Virus record (IMG/VR): IMGVR_UViG_3300021197_001743
Location: 56,039 to 120,038 of that record
Length of the DNA: 64,000 nt
Source of the DNA: a virus
Direction: 5' to 3' (one strand)
A program made the translations under genes and the position numbers. A model generated the notes under the pieces. That model did not search any database, was not told the origin of the DNA, and saw only the letters and a list, made by a program, of their open reading frames with translations. Below are positions 46,530 to 53,951 of the stretch, one piece after another (positions within the stretch are counted from its first letter, which is position 1; every line of letters starts with the position of its first letter).

Positions 46530-47051
46530 ATGAGAATAGATCACATTGCATATCGTGTAGCAGACAGAAATAAAACAGCACAATTCTTCATTGATGCCTT
46601 CAATTATCGGATAGCTGATGAATTCGAAATTCAATTTGACGATGGAAGTTGCGCTCAATGCTATGCCCTTTCTCCACCAGAAAGACTAGATGGTACTTCT
46701 TTTAAAGCTTGGACAATGTTTGGAGAATCTGAATATCATTCCCCACCAGAAATCTTTGTTTCTCAAGGCTCAGCTGGATCCATTGTTGATAAGTGGGTAA
46801 AAGAGCGCAATTCCGTTGGAGGAGTTCACCATATAGCATATCAAGTTGATGATGTTGAAGAGACTATGAAAGATTGGAAAGACAAAGGTTGGGCAGAATT
46901 CACAACAGACCAACCCATCGTGGCTGACGGGCTATCCCAGTGCTTTACAAAGCCTCACATGTTAACTGGAGTAGTTTACGAATTTATATTCAGAACCAAA
47001 AAAGGTTTTAATGTAGACAGTGTACGAGATTTGATGGTGAGCACTAATTAG
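46530..47051 (+). CDS. VOC-fold protein resembling the catalytic C-terminal half of 4-hydroxyphenylpyruvate dioxygenase
   Basis: IDHIAY, GVHHIAYQVDDV, QCFTKP, YEFIFR..GF: His/His/Glu triad. Confidence 0.7.
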   Translation: MRIDHIAYRVADRNKTAQFFIDAFNYRIADEFEIQFDDGSCAQCYALSPPERLDGTSFKAWTMFGESEYHSPPEIFVSQGSAGSIVDKWVKERNSVGGVHHIAYQVDDVEETMKDWKDKGWAEFTTDQPIVADGLSQCFTKPHMLTGVVYEFIFRTKKGFNVDSVRDLMVSTN

Positions 47052-47077
47052 TTATAAAATGGACACTGATTACTATT

Positions 47078-47488
47078 ATGAGCAACTTCAGATATACAAT
47101 GGGCCTAGGCCATGTTCCTTCGTTCCAAACATCTGCAAGGCCGTACTTAACTTCATCTTTGACAGTGCCGGCAGTATCAGCCGAGCCAATCGAAATATCT
47201 TTTGAAACGGTTAGTAGATTTATTATAATAACCAACACACTCGATGGTTCTGCTACAAACGTTCCTCTCCGCTTTGGATTTTCAGCTGATGGTGTGAAGG
47301 GATCAATTAATAATAATTATGCAATTCTCAACAATGGGGAAAGCTTTGAAGCCGATCTTAAAGTTACAAAAATCTTTTTATTGAGTAATTCGGTTAATGA
47401 GTGCACCGCTTCGGTTATTGCAGGCCTGACTGGTATAGGCTCTAGATATTTAATTAACAATTGGTCAGGTTCAATAGGAGTAGGATAA
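47078..47488 (+). CDS. putative virion protein, paralog family 4/4
   Basis: YTMGLGHVPSFQTSARPY...F.TVSRFIIITN...ES....LKV.KIFL; ACTAATTA at 47043. Confidence 0.65.
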   Translation: MSNFRYTMGLGHVPSFQTSARPYLTSSLTVPAVSAEPIEISFETVSRFIIITNTLDGSATNVPLRFGFSADGVKGSINNNYAILNNGESFEADLKVTKIFLLSNSVNECTASVIAGLTGIGSRYLINNWSGSIGVG

Positions 47489-49017
47489 TGGGATTTACAG
47501 ATTTAAACAAACCTAGCAAAACTTTAGGGGCCAATGATGTTAATATAAAAAGTCCTAACTCAACCTTTGGTGAAATATTAACAACTACCCTTGAGCCTCT
47601 TGCTCAAGGTGATTTCATTCACAATATCAACGGTCAGATTTTTACAACATCAACGTTCTCCGGTGGCTCAATAACTACTGTCTCCGGCAACGCAGAACTC
47701 TCAAGTGGCACCAGTGCATCAGGTTCTTCTACAGTTCAATTGAGAAGGCGGCTTGAGTATAGACCCGGACAAGGCTCTCTTATGAGAGCAACAGCGATTT
47801 TCGATACTCCAGATGCAGGAAACGCTCAGTTTGTAGGTGCTGGAACTTCCGAGTGTGGTTATTTTATTGGCTATTTTGCCGGCTTCTTTGGGATCTTGCA
47901 TTCTGAAACAGGAGCAAGAGAGGTAAGAAAATACACGGTATCAGCTGGCGAAGGAACTGAGAGTGTAACTGTAACATTAGATGGATCTTCTGTTGTTGTC
48001 CCAGTTTCCGGAGGCGCTGATACTTCTCAAACAGCATATCAGCTTTCACTCGGTGATTATTCACAAGTTGGCAAGGGCGGCTGGCTAGCTGATGCACAAG
48101 GCAGTAGTGTGTTCTTTATCGCGGCACGAGCCAATGCGACTTCAACAGGTGCGTATTCTATCACCTCCGGAGGGAGCATCGACGGTTCTTTTACACGAGA
48201 GCAAATCGGCGAGGCCCAAACAAACACATTTATAACTTCCGGCTCATTCAATGTAGACAAGCTAGACGGAACAGGTCCATCTGGATTTACAATAAACCCA
48301 CAAAAAGGAAACGTGTATCAAATTGGATATCAGTACCTTGGGTATGGCAATGCTATTTTTGGAGTTGAAAATCCTGAAACAGGAAAAAATACTCCCTGTC
48401 ATGTGCTAAAGAACCCTAACACAAGAACAACCCCAGTCTTAAAAGATCCAAACCTATCAGTCTTAGCTACGTCAGCAAATATTGGAGGCACCACAAGTAA
48501 GGTAATAAAAACAGCATCCATGGCAGCCTTCACGGAAGGAAAAGTCATGAAGTTAGATCCAAAGTTTTCCAAGAGCTTCTCCTTCTCTAGTTTTTCTGAG
48601 CAAACATATTCTCCATTAGCTATATTCAAATCAAATCGCTTTTTTGATGGTCGTAGTAGTTTTGGCGAGTTTGATATAATGAGAATTAATGGTTCGAATG
48701 AATCCACAACAAAGACTTTAACTGTCGGCTTCTTCTTGAATGCGGAGATCAACGGAGATGTAGACTTTCAATACGTAAATGAGCAAGAGAGTATAGTATC
48801 CGTCGCTTCGTTAGATCCTGACAGTGATACAATTGTAGATCTAGCATCACAGCAACCATTTCATGAATTTGTTATTGGGCCACTAACAGGTCTTTCTGAG
48901 AACTTAGAGGATTTAAAATTTGTCTTTGGTCCCGGAAGCAATTTCGTTATTGCGATAAAAGTTTCATCTGGAAACATTACCGGACAAGTTGGCGTTAATT
49001 GGTTTGAGCAACAATAA
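47488..49017 (+). CDS. putative virion structural protein (beta-rich)
   Basis: TAATG coupling (ATG 47488); Ser/Thr/Gly-rich; YRPGQG, NVDKLDGTGPSG, YQYLGYG. Confidence 0.6.
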   Translation: MGFTDLNKPSKTLGANDVNIKSPNSTFGEILTTTLEPLAQGDFIHNINGQIFTTSTFSGGSITTVSGNAELSSGTSASGSSTVQLRRRLEYRPGQGSLMRATAIFDTPDAGNAQFVGAGTSECGYFIGYFAGFFGILHSETGAREVRKYTVSAGEGTESVTVTLDGSSVVVPVSGGADTSQTAYQLSLGDYSQVGKGGWLADAQGSSVFFIAARANATSTGAYSITSGGSIDGSFTREQIGEAQTNTFITSGSFNVDKLDGTGPSGFTINPQKGNVYQIGYQYLGYGNAIFGVENPETGKNTPCHVLKNPNTRTTPVLKDPNLSVLATSANIGGTTSKVIKTASMAAFTEGKVMKLDPKFSKSFSFSSFSEQTYSPLAIFKSNRFFDGRSSFGEFDIMRINGSNESTTKTLTVGFFLNAEINGDVDFQYVNEQESIVSVASLDPDSDTIVDLASQQPFHEFVIGPLTGLSENLEDLKFVFGPGSNFVIAIKVSSGNITGQVGVNWFEQQ

Positions 49018-49022
49018 AAAAC

Positions 49023-49051
49023 TTGACAAACTATCTTGAGCATGTTATATT
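49023..49051 (+). promoter_or_regulatory. sigma70-like promoter of the tmRNA
   Basis: TTGACA-N17-TATATT, 13 nt before the tmRNA 5' end. Confidence 0.8.
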
Positions 49052-49064
49052 ATAATTATAATAA

Positions 49065-49396
49065 GGGCTCGCAATGGCTTCGACGGGTTAGAATCAAGGG
49101 GAGAGTGCATGCAGGCGTGAATCAGCCTTAATCGTTCAAATTTTTATAAACGCAAACAATAATTTGTTTTTCGACGAAGTCGCTTTAGCGGCTTAATCGG
49201 GTGGTCGCCTCGAACCATCTATCCAAGAGAGGCAAAACAACAGGACAGTTGTAAAAATCACATCTCCTTCGGCCACGGACTATGGAGAATAAAACGCAGT
49301 GGATACCTCGCTAGGAGGGAAATAACTAGACAAGCATGTGAATGACTCAAACTAAGACTAGCGCGGACAGGGGTTCGATTCCCCTCGAGTCCACCA
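49065..49396 (+). ncRNA. ssrA: tmRNA, tag (A)ANNNLFFDEVALAA
   Basis: 5' GGGCTCG..GGCTTCGACGG; 3' AGGGGTTCGATTCCCCT-CGAGTCC-ACCA with G3:U70; ATAAAC-GCA resume codon at 49152; tag ORF ends ALAA-TAA at 49196. Confidence 0.95.
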
Positions 49397-49410
49397 CTTT
49401 GGAGGAAAAA

Positions 49411-49575
49411 ATGAAATTATTACAAAACAAATGGACAAGCTTTGCATGTGCTTGTCTGAATGCATTTGCAGCTGCAATGTGTCTTATTGATGGTAAAACA
49501 AACATGTTCGTGATGTGCACAGTCTTTGCTGTGTGGTGTGGTTATAACTTTGTTAATCAAATGGAGGAAAAATGA
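49411..49575 (+). CDS. small Cys-rich two-TM membrane protein
   Basis: GGAGG RBS; ATG 49411 (track start 49342 lies inside the tmRNA). Confidence 0.6.
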   Translation: MKLLQNKWTSFACACLNAFAAAMCLIDGKTNMFVMCTVFAVWCGYNFVNQMEEK

Positions 49576-49739
49576 AAAATTTATTAAATATGAAATGGTT
49601 CACATTCTTATGTTGTGCCTTTAATTTAGCAGTGGCTGCCGCTGCTATCAAAACAGGAGACTGGGGTCTATTTGTAGCCTGCTCTCTTTTTGCTGGAGTA
49701 ACAGGATTTAGTTTCTGGCAACAAATGGGGGAAGAATGA
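49572..49739 (+). CDS. small Cys-rich two-TM membrane protein, paralog of the previous ORF
   Basis: MKNLLNMKWFTFLCCAFNLAVAAAAIKTGDWGLFVACSLFAGVTGFSFWQQMGEE; ATGA overlaps at both ends; absent from the track. Confidence 0.6.
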   Translation: MKNLLNMKWFTFLCCAFNLAVAAAAIKTGDWGLFVACSLFAGVTGFSFWQQMGEE

Positions 49740-50620
49740 GATATCTATTACCTTTTCTTCTGTCCTGTACAGAAGTGTCTATCAACAAAATACCAAATGA
49801 GCCAAGCGACTCCGCGGTTGTAATTGTAGACACCACAGAACCATCGTCAGAGCCAGCCGTAGAGCCCTCTGTAGAGCCTATGGAAGGCATCGGAGGGTAT
49901 GTACACTACTATCTTCAACAAGTGGCGTGTCCGGCTTGTATGGGCGAAGCAAATGAGATAACTGTTGAGATGAATGCTAGATTTCATGAGCCAATTAATG
50001 ATTCATATACATCTTGGATTGTCCCGCAGGGCCAATGCACACAAAATTTAACTCAAACAGTTCCCTCTGTGCCGTTAATGGACAAAGGATCGGAAATTAA
50101 AACAAGAGCAGACGGGAATATCTTATTTGCATACAGAACATCGCAGAATAGCTATTACAACTCTTGGAATACAGACATATATTATACTCGTGATGCTGTA
50201 CACTACATATCCGAGGAGAACAATTACGAATTTGCTTCTTTTACATCGCTCCATGGGTTTGATTCAATCGAACCTTATGAATTACGATATGTGGACCCAG
50301 CTTATGCCTTCTCAGCCAAGATTTACAGATCGGGTCCTACCTTTTGGTGGTCTCCCAACGGCTCAAATAGCATGTTCACGATAACACTGGCAGTATACAC
50401 ACCAGATGGCTCTTCTTTACTGGGTTATGTTGCTTGCTCAAGCGGAGACACAGGGATGATGACTATCCCGGGACAATATCTAGAAACTTATCCTTATTGG
50501 TCACTAGTTGCAGTACACATGACAAGACACAAGATTGAATTGGTTCCTTGGGTAGAACAGAACACTTATATCGAGACACACATGGAGTGGTCAGTTATCG
50601 GCACAGGTCATATAGAATGA
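49736..50620 (+). CDS. putative lipoprotein
   Basis: MRYLLPFLLSC lipobox-like start; EPSSEPAVEPSVEP linker; CPAC. Confidence 0.65.
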   Translation: MRYLLPFLLSCTEVSINKIPNEPSDSAVVIVDTTEPSSEPAVEPSVEPMEGIGGYVHYYLQQVACPACMGEANEITVEMNARFHEPINDSYTSWIVPQGQCTQNLTQTVPSVPLMDKGSEIKTRADGNILFAYRTSQNSYYNSWNTDIYYTRDAVHYISEENNYEFASFTSLHGFDSIEPYELRYVDPAYAFSAKIYRSGPTFWWSPNGSNSMFTITLAVYTPDGSSLLGYVACSSGDTGMMTIPGQYLETYPYWSLVAVHMTRHKIELVPWVEQNTYIETHMEWSVIGTGHIE

Positions 50621-50919
50621 CCAAGAAACAAAAAGACATATTAATCAAGGACCGGCAGAAGATCGATCGACCTAAAAAATACAAGGTTGTTTTCTACAAT
50701 GACGACTTTACTCCGATGGATTTTGTCACTTTGCTTTTGATGAACGTATTTAATAAAGGAAAGCAAGAAGCGCAAAGTATAATGATGCAGGTTCACAAGC
50801 AAGGAAAGGGGATAGCAGGTGTCTACTCAAAACAAATCGCTGAAACTAAAATCGAAACAGCAAAAATGTATGCAATCGATGCCGGCCACCCTCTGCATGC
50901 AGAAGCCGAACCAGAATAA
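50617..50919 (+). CDS. clpS: ATP-dependent Clp protease adaptor
   Basis: PKKYKVVFYNDDFTPMDFV, MMQVHKQGKGIAGVY...IAETK, HPL; ATG 50617. Confidence 0.95.
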   Translation: MTKKQKDILIKDRQKIDRPKKYKVVFYNDDFTPMDFVTLLLMNVFNKGKQEAQSIMMQVHKQGKGIAGVYSKQIAETKIETAKMYAIDAGHPLHAEAEPE

Positions 50920-50986
50920 GAATTGCTCATCTTGCAAAAAAAACATATGCGAATGCGATGTTTATGTTGTGTGGGGTGATTATTGA

Positions 50987-51211
50987 TTGAGGTGGAAGCT
51001 AGGCGATTATAAACAGGGAGACCTTGTTATCTTGCTTGAAACAATTGAGTGGGATGACATAATTGCTATTCGCGGAGAAATTTGCTTCATAGCGGAGATA
51101 TACGATCCCGAAGACGAACATCAATTTTTTAATTATAGAATTTTCCTTGGCGACGGCCGGTCGCTTGATGTTTGGGCTGGGGAAATAGAGAAGCTGAACC
51201 ATGAGACCTAG
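50987..51211 (+). CDS. small SH3/KOW-like protein
   Basis: YKQGDLVIL...GEI; start uncertain. Confidence 0.45.
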   Translation: MRWKLGDYKQGDLVILLETIEWDDIIAIRGEICFIAEIYDPEDEHQFFNYRIFLGDGRSLDVWAGEIEKLNHET

Positions 51212-51407
51212 ACTCAATGTTGGCGATCTCGTTAGAATACACGACCCTAACGATACAGATAGACAGATAGGGATCATTGTAGCTCTAAGCCCTCGTCAAG
51301 TACATCTTGCTTCTCATGGTACGACAGACATTGTTCAGGTGTTCTGGCCAAAGATAAATGATACTGACTGGGAATATGACTTTTTTCTTATTAAAATTGA
51401 AGAATAG
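51201..51407 (+). CDS. small SH3/KOW-like protein
   Basis: LNVGDLVRI...IGIIV...VQVFW. Confidence 0.55.
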   Translation: MRPRLNVGDLVRIHDPNDTDRQIGIIVALSPRQVHLASHGTTDIVQVFWPKINDTDWEYDFFLIKIEE

Positions 51408-51410
51408 AGC

Positions 51411-51439
51411 TTGACAAAGGTTAGTCAATAGGTTATATT
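51411..51439 (+). promoter_or_regulatory. sigma70-like promoter
   Basis: TTGACA-N17-TATATT. Confidence 0.8.
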
Positions 51440-51458
51440 ATATAAAACGGAGGTTAAG

Positions 51459-51839
51459 ATGTATATATGGAATTACGTATTTCAAATATTTATGATAAGG
51501 TATTGGGAAGATTGCTATAGAGGAGTTCCTGTGTTTAGGGGAGAATTGCCGGACGATGAGCTGGCCAATTTTCAACATACACGAACTGGAATTAATGATA
51601 TTATTTTATCGACCAACCAACGACTTACAGATCGTGAACTAATGGGTGTTCTCTTGCACGAGATGTGCCATCATGTGGTGTTCGAGGAGCATGGTTATGA
51701 CGTTGCCCCTCATGGTTCTGAGTGGGCGTCTGAGATGCGTAGAATTGGCTTTGAAGACCCAACTGAGCTTACTGATGGTACCAATTTCTTCTCGCAAGAG
51801 CAATACCATGAGATAATGGATCTTGTGGAGGGAATATGA
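51459..51839 (+). CDS. SprT-like zinc metalloprotease domain protein
   Basis: VLLHEMCH...HGSEW..EM.RIG. Confidence 0.75.
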   Translation: MYIWNYVFQIFMIRYWEDCYRGVPVFRGELPDDELANFQHTRTGINDIILSTNQRLTDRELMGVLLHEMCHHVVFEEHGYDVAPHGSEWASEMRRIGFEDPTELTDGTNFFSQEQYHEIMDLVEGI

Positions 51840-52510
51840 ATTATAAAACATGCACCAAGTGCGGCGAAGAAAAACCCGCCACATTAGAATTTTTCTATGG
51901 ACAAAAAACAGGAAAATACGGTCTCCGAGGCGACTGCAAACACTGCCAGAAACAGTACAAAGCAAAGTATTATGCCGAAAACAAAGAAGCAAAAGCAAAG
52001 TATGATGCAAAGTATCGTGCCGAAAACAAAGAAGCAAAAGCAAAGTATGATGCAAAGTATTATGCCGAAAACAAAGAAGCAAAAGCAAAGTCCCAAGCAA
52101 AGTATCGTGCCGAAAACAAAGAAGCAAAGCCGGGTTGTGTCTATGCACTAGACAACGATGTGAATAGTAAAGTTTACATTGGAGAAACAACGAGAGGGGA
52201 ACTTCGCTGGAAAGATCATATCAGATATCTCCGCGGTAATTACCATGGTAATCCACAACTCCAGAAAGATTTCAACGAATACGGAGAAGAGGCCTTTGGT
52301 TTGAAGTTTAGGATAATCCAAGAATACCCGAAAGACAAAGAGCTCCTGCTTCTTCATGAAGCACTGGAGATTGAACGACATATTCAAGAAGGCATAGAAT
52401 TATACAATGCCATTCGTACGATAGACCAACTAAAAATGTTAACAGAACACCGGAGGACAAATGAATACATTAGAACAAATAAGGGAACTAAGAGAGTATC
52501 TAGAGTCTAG
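51836..52510 (+). CDS. GIY-YIG homing endonuclease-like protein with Zn finger and tandem repeats
   Basis: CTKC...CKHC; GCVYAL...KVYIGET...RW.DH...H.N.QLQ.DFN.YG. Confidence 0.75.
   Translation: MNYKTCTKCGEEKPATLEFFYGQKTGKYGLRGDCKHCQKQYKAKYYAENKEAKAKYDAKYRAENKEAKAKYDAKYYAENKEAKAKSQAKYRAENKEAKPGCVYALDNDVNSKVYIGETTRGELRWKDHIRYLRGNYHGNPQLQKDFNEYGEEAFGLKFRIIQEYPKDKELLLLHEALEIERHIQEGIELYNAIRTIDQLKMLTEHRRTNEYIRTNKGTKRVSRV
51962..52129 (+). repeat. 45-bp coding tandem repeat, ~3.7 copies
   Basis: GCAAAGTAT(TAT/CGT)GCCGAAAACAAAGAAGCAAAAGCAAAG(TATGAT/TCCCAA). Confidence 0.9.
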
Positions 52511-52799
52511 AGAAAAACAAGTTCACCAAGAAGAGATAAACAAAATTATCTTAGACCACATTAACAGCAAGATAGAGCCGTATTATTACGAAAACATAAA
52601 AGGCCTTGAACGACTGGTTATCAAGATTGGCCCGAAATACATTTTAGAAGCAGTAGATGCGTCGGCCTCTCAATATCTTCGGTACGAAAGAGGCAACAAG
52701 CCTACGCAAGAAAGCGTGGACATGTTTTTTAATAAGATCGGAGGTATCGCTGTAAATAAACACAGAGGGTATAACCCTTGGACACCGGAGGACAAATGA
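52461..52799 (+). CDS. hypothetical protein
   Basis: GGAGG RBS; 112-aa ORF. Confidence 0.6.
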   Translation: MNTLEQIRELREYLESREKQVHQEEINKIILDHINSKIEPYYYENIKGLERLVIKIGPKYILEAVDASASQYLRYERGNKPTQESVDMFFNKIGGIAVNKHRGYNPWTPEDK

Positions 52800-53248
52800 A
52801 TTATAAATGTTTCGAATGTGGAACAGCGGAATGTATACAACACCACCACGTCGTCCCACGTTCCGTTGGGGGAACGAAAACTATTCCGTTGTGTTCTATT
52901 TGCCATGGAAAAGTTCATGGAATCAAAAGAGATAAGCAAATTAATGTAAGTGAACTTACCAAAGCTGGCATTGCAAGAGCTAGAGCAGCAGGAAAACAAA
53001 TTGGTAACCCTGACATGTCAAAAGCTAGAATCAATTCTCACACAACGAGAACTCGCCGCGCTAACGAATTCGCCTTATCTCTAGGTCCAGAAATGATTAT
53101 CTTAAGAGAGAATTCTGGTTTATCATGGAGAAAGCTTGCAGATAATTTGAACAACCAAGGTATCAAGACGCGCCATGGATACCAATGGCAAGGAGCAACT
53201 GTTAGGAATGTTTATTGGCGTTATAAAAAATTGTTGGAGGACAAATGA
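52796..53248 (+). CDS. HNH endonuclease fused to a serine-recombinase-like DNA-binding tail
   Basis: CFEC...HHVVPRSVGG...LCSICHGKVH; SELTKAGIARARAAG...GNP; S.RKLADNLN.QGIKT..G.QW..TV. Confidence 0.7.
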   Translation: MNYKCFECGTAECIQHHHVVPRSVGGTKTIPLCSICHGKVHGIKRDKQINVSELTKAGIARARAAGKQIGNPDMSKARINSHTTRTRRANEFALSLGPEMIILRENSGLSWRKLADNLNNQGIKTRHGYQWQGATVRNVYWRYKKLLEDK

Positions 53249-53937
53249 ATATATTTAAAAAGACAGACTCACTGTCGTTAATGAAAGAGCTAGAGAAAGA
53301 AACCGTGGACTTGGTGTTGACCGATCCACCATACATTATAAGCAAGCCCTCGGGCTTCAAGAGCGTAGTAACCGGAGAGAAGCGTTTCGCTGTCTCCACA
53401 GAGCATGGAGAATGGGACAAACCCGAAAATTTTTCTTTGGAAGATTTGGGAGATTCTATTAAGGCATATTACCGCGTCCTTAAGAAGCACGGCACAATGA
53501 TCACCTTCTGCGACCTGTGGAAGATTAGCGACGTAAAGCGTCTAATGGAAGATGCAGGGTTCAAGCAAATTCGCTTCATCGAATGGATTAAAACAAACCC
53601 AGTTCCTTTAAACTCCGGTCGCAATTACCTCAGCAATGCTAGAGAGGTCGCTCTCCTAGGCGTAAAGGTCAGCAAGCCCACGTTTCATTCAAAATATGAT
53701 AATGGAGTCTATCGATATCCTATATGCCACGAGAAAGGCCGTTTCCACCCCACACAGAAGCCTTTGGCGTTTATGCAAGAGCTGATCGCGAAACACAGCA
53801 ATCCGGGAGACGTGGTACTGGATTCATTCGCTGGATCTGCAACAACGCTACTCGCCGCCAAAAATTTGCAACGCAAATACATCGGGTGTGAATTGGACCA
53901 AGGATTTTTTGATAAAGCCGTAGAAAGATTGAAATAA
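53245..53937 (+). CDS. DNA amino-methyltransferase (N6-A/N4-C, beta class)
   Basis: LTDPPY, HPTQKP, VLDSFAGSATT. Confidence 0.92.
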   Translation: MNIFKKTDSLSLMKELEKETVDLVLTDPPYIISKPSGFKSVVTGEKRFAVSTEHGEWDKPENFSLEDLGDSIKAYYRVLKKHGTMITFCDLWKISDVKRLMEDAGFKQIRFIEWIKTNPVPLNSGRNYLSNAREVALLGVKVSKPTFHSKYDNGVYRYPICHEKGRFHPTQKPLAFMQELIAKHSNPGDVVLDSFAGSATTLLAAKNLQRKYIGCELDQGFFDKAVERLK

Positions 53938-53951
53938 AACTAGTTATAGTT

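Noticed and set aside
46389-46658. Minus-strand ORF containing LTGLEPATSGVTGRHS
   Set aside because: Typical antisense translation of a tRNA (tRNA-Asp)
49342-49410. N-terminal extension of ORF 49342..49575
   Set aside because: Overlaps the tmRNA 3' end; the ATG at 49411 has a GGAGG RBS
51962-52129. 45-bp repeats as a CRISPR array
   Set aside because: Contiguous in-frame coding repeats with no unique spacers; no cas genes in the window
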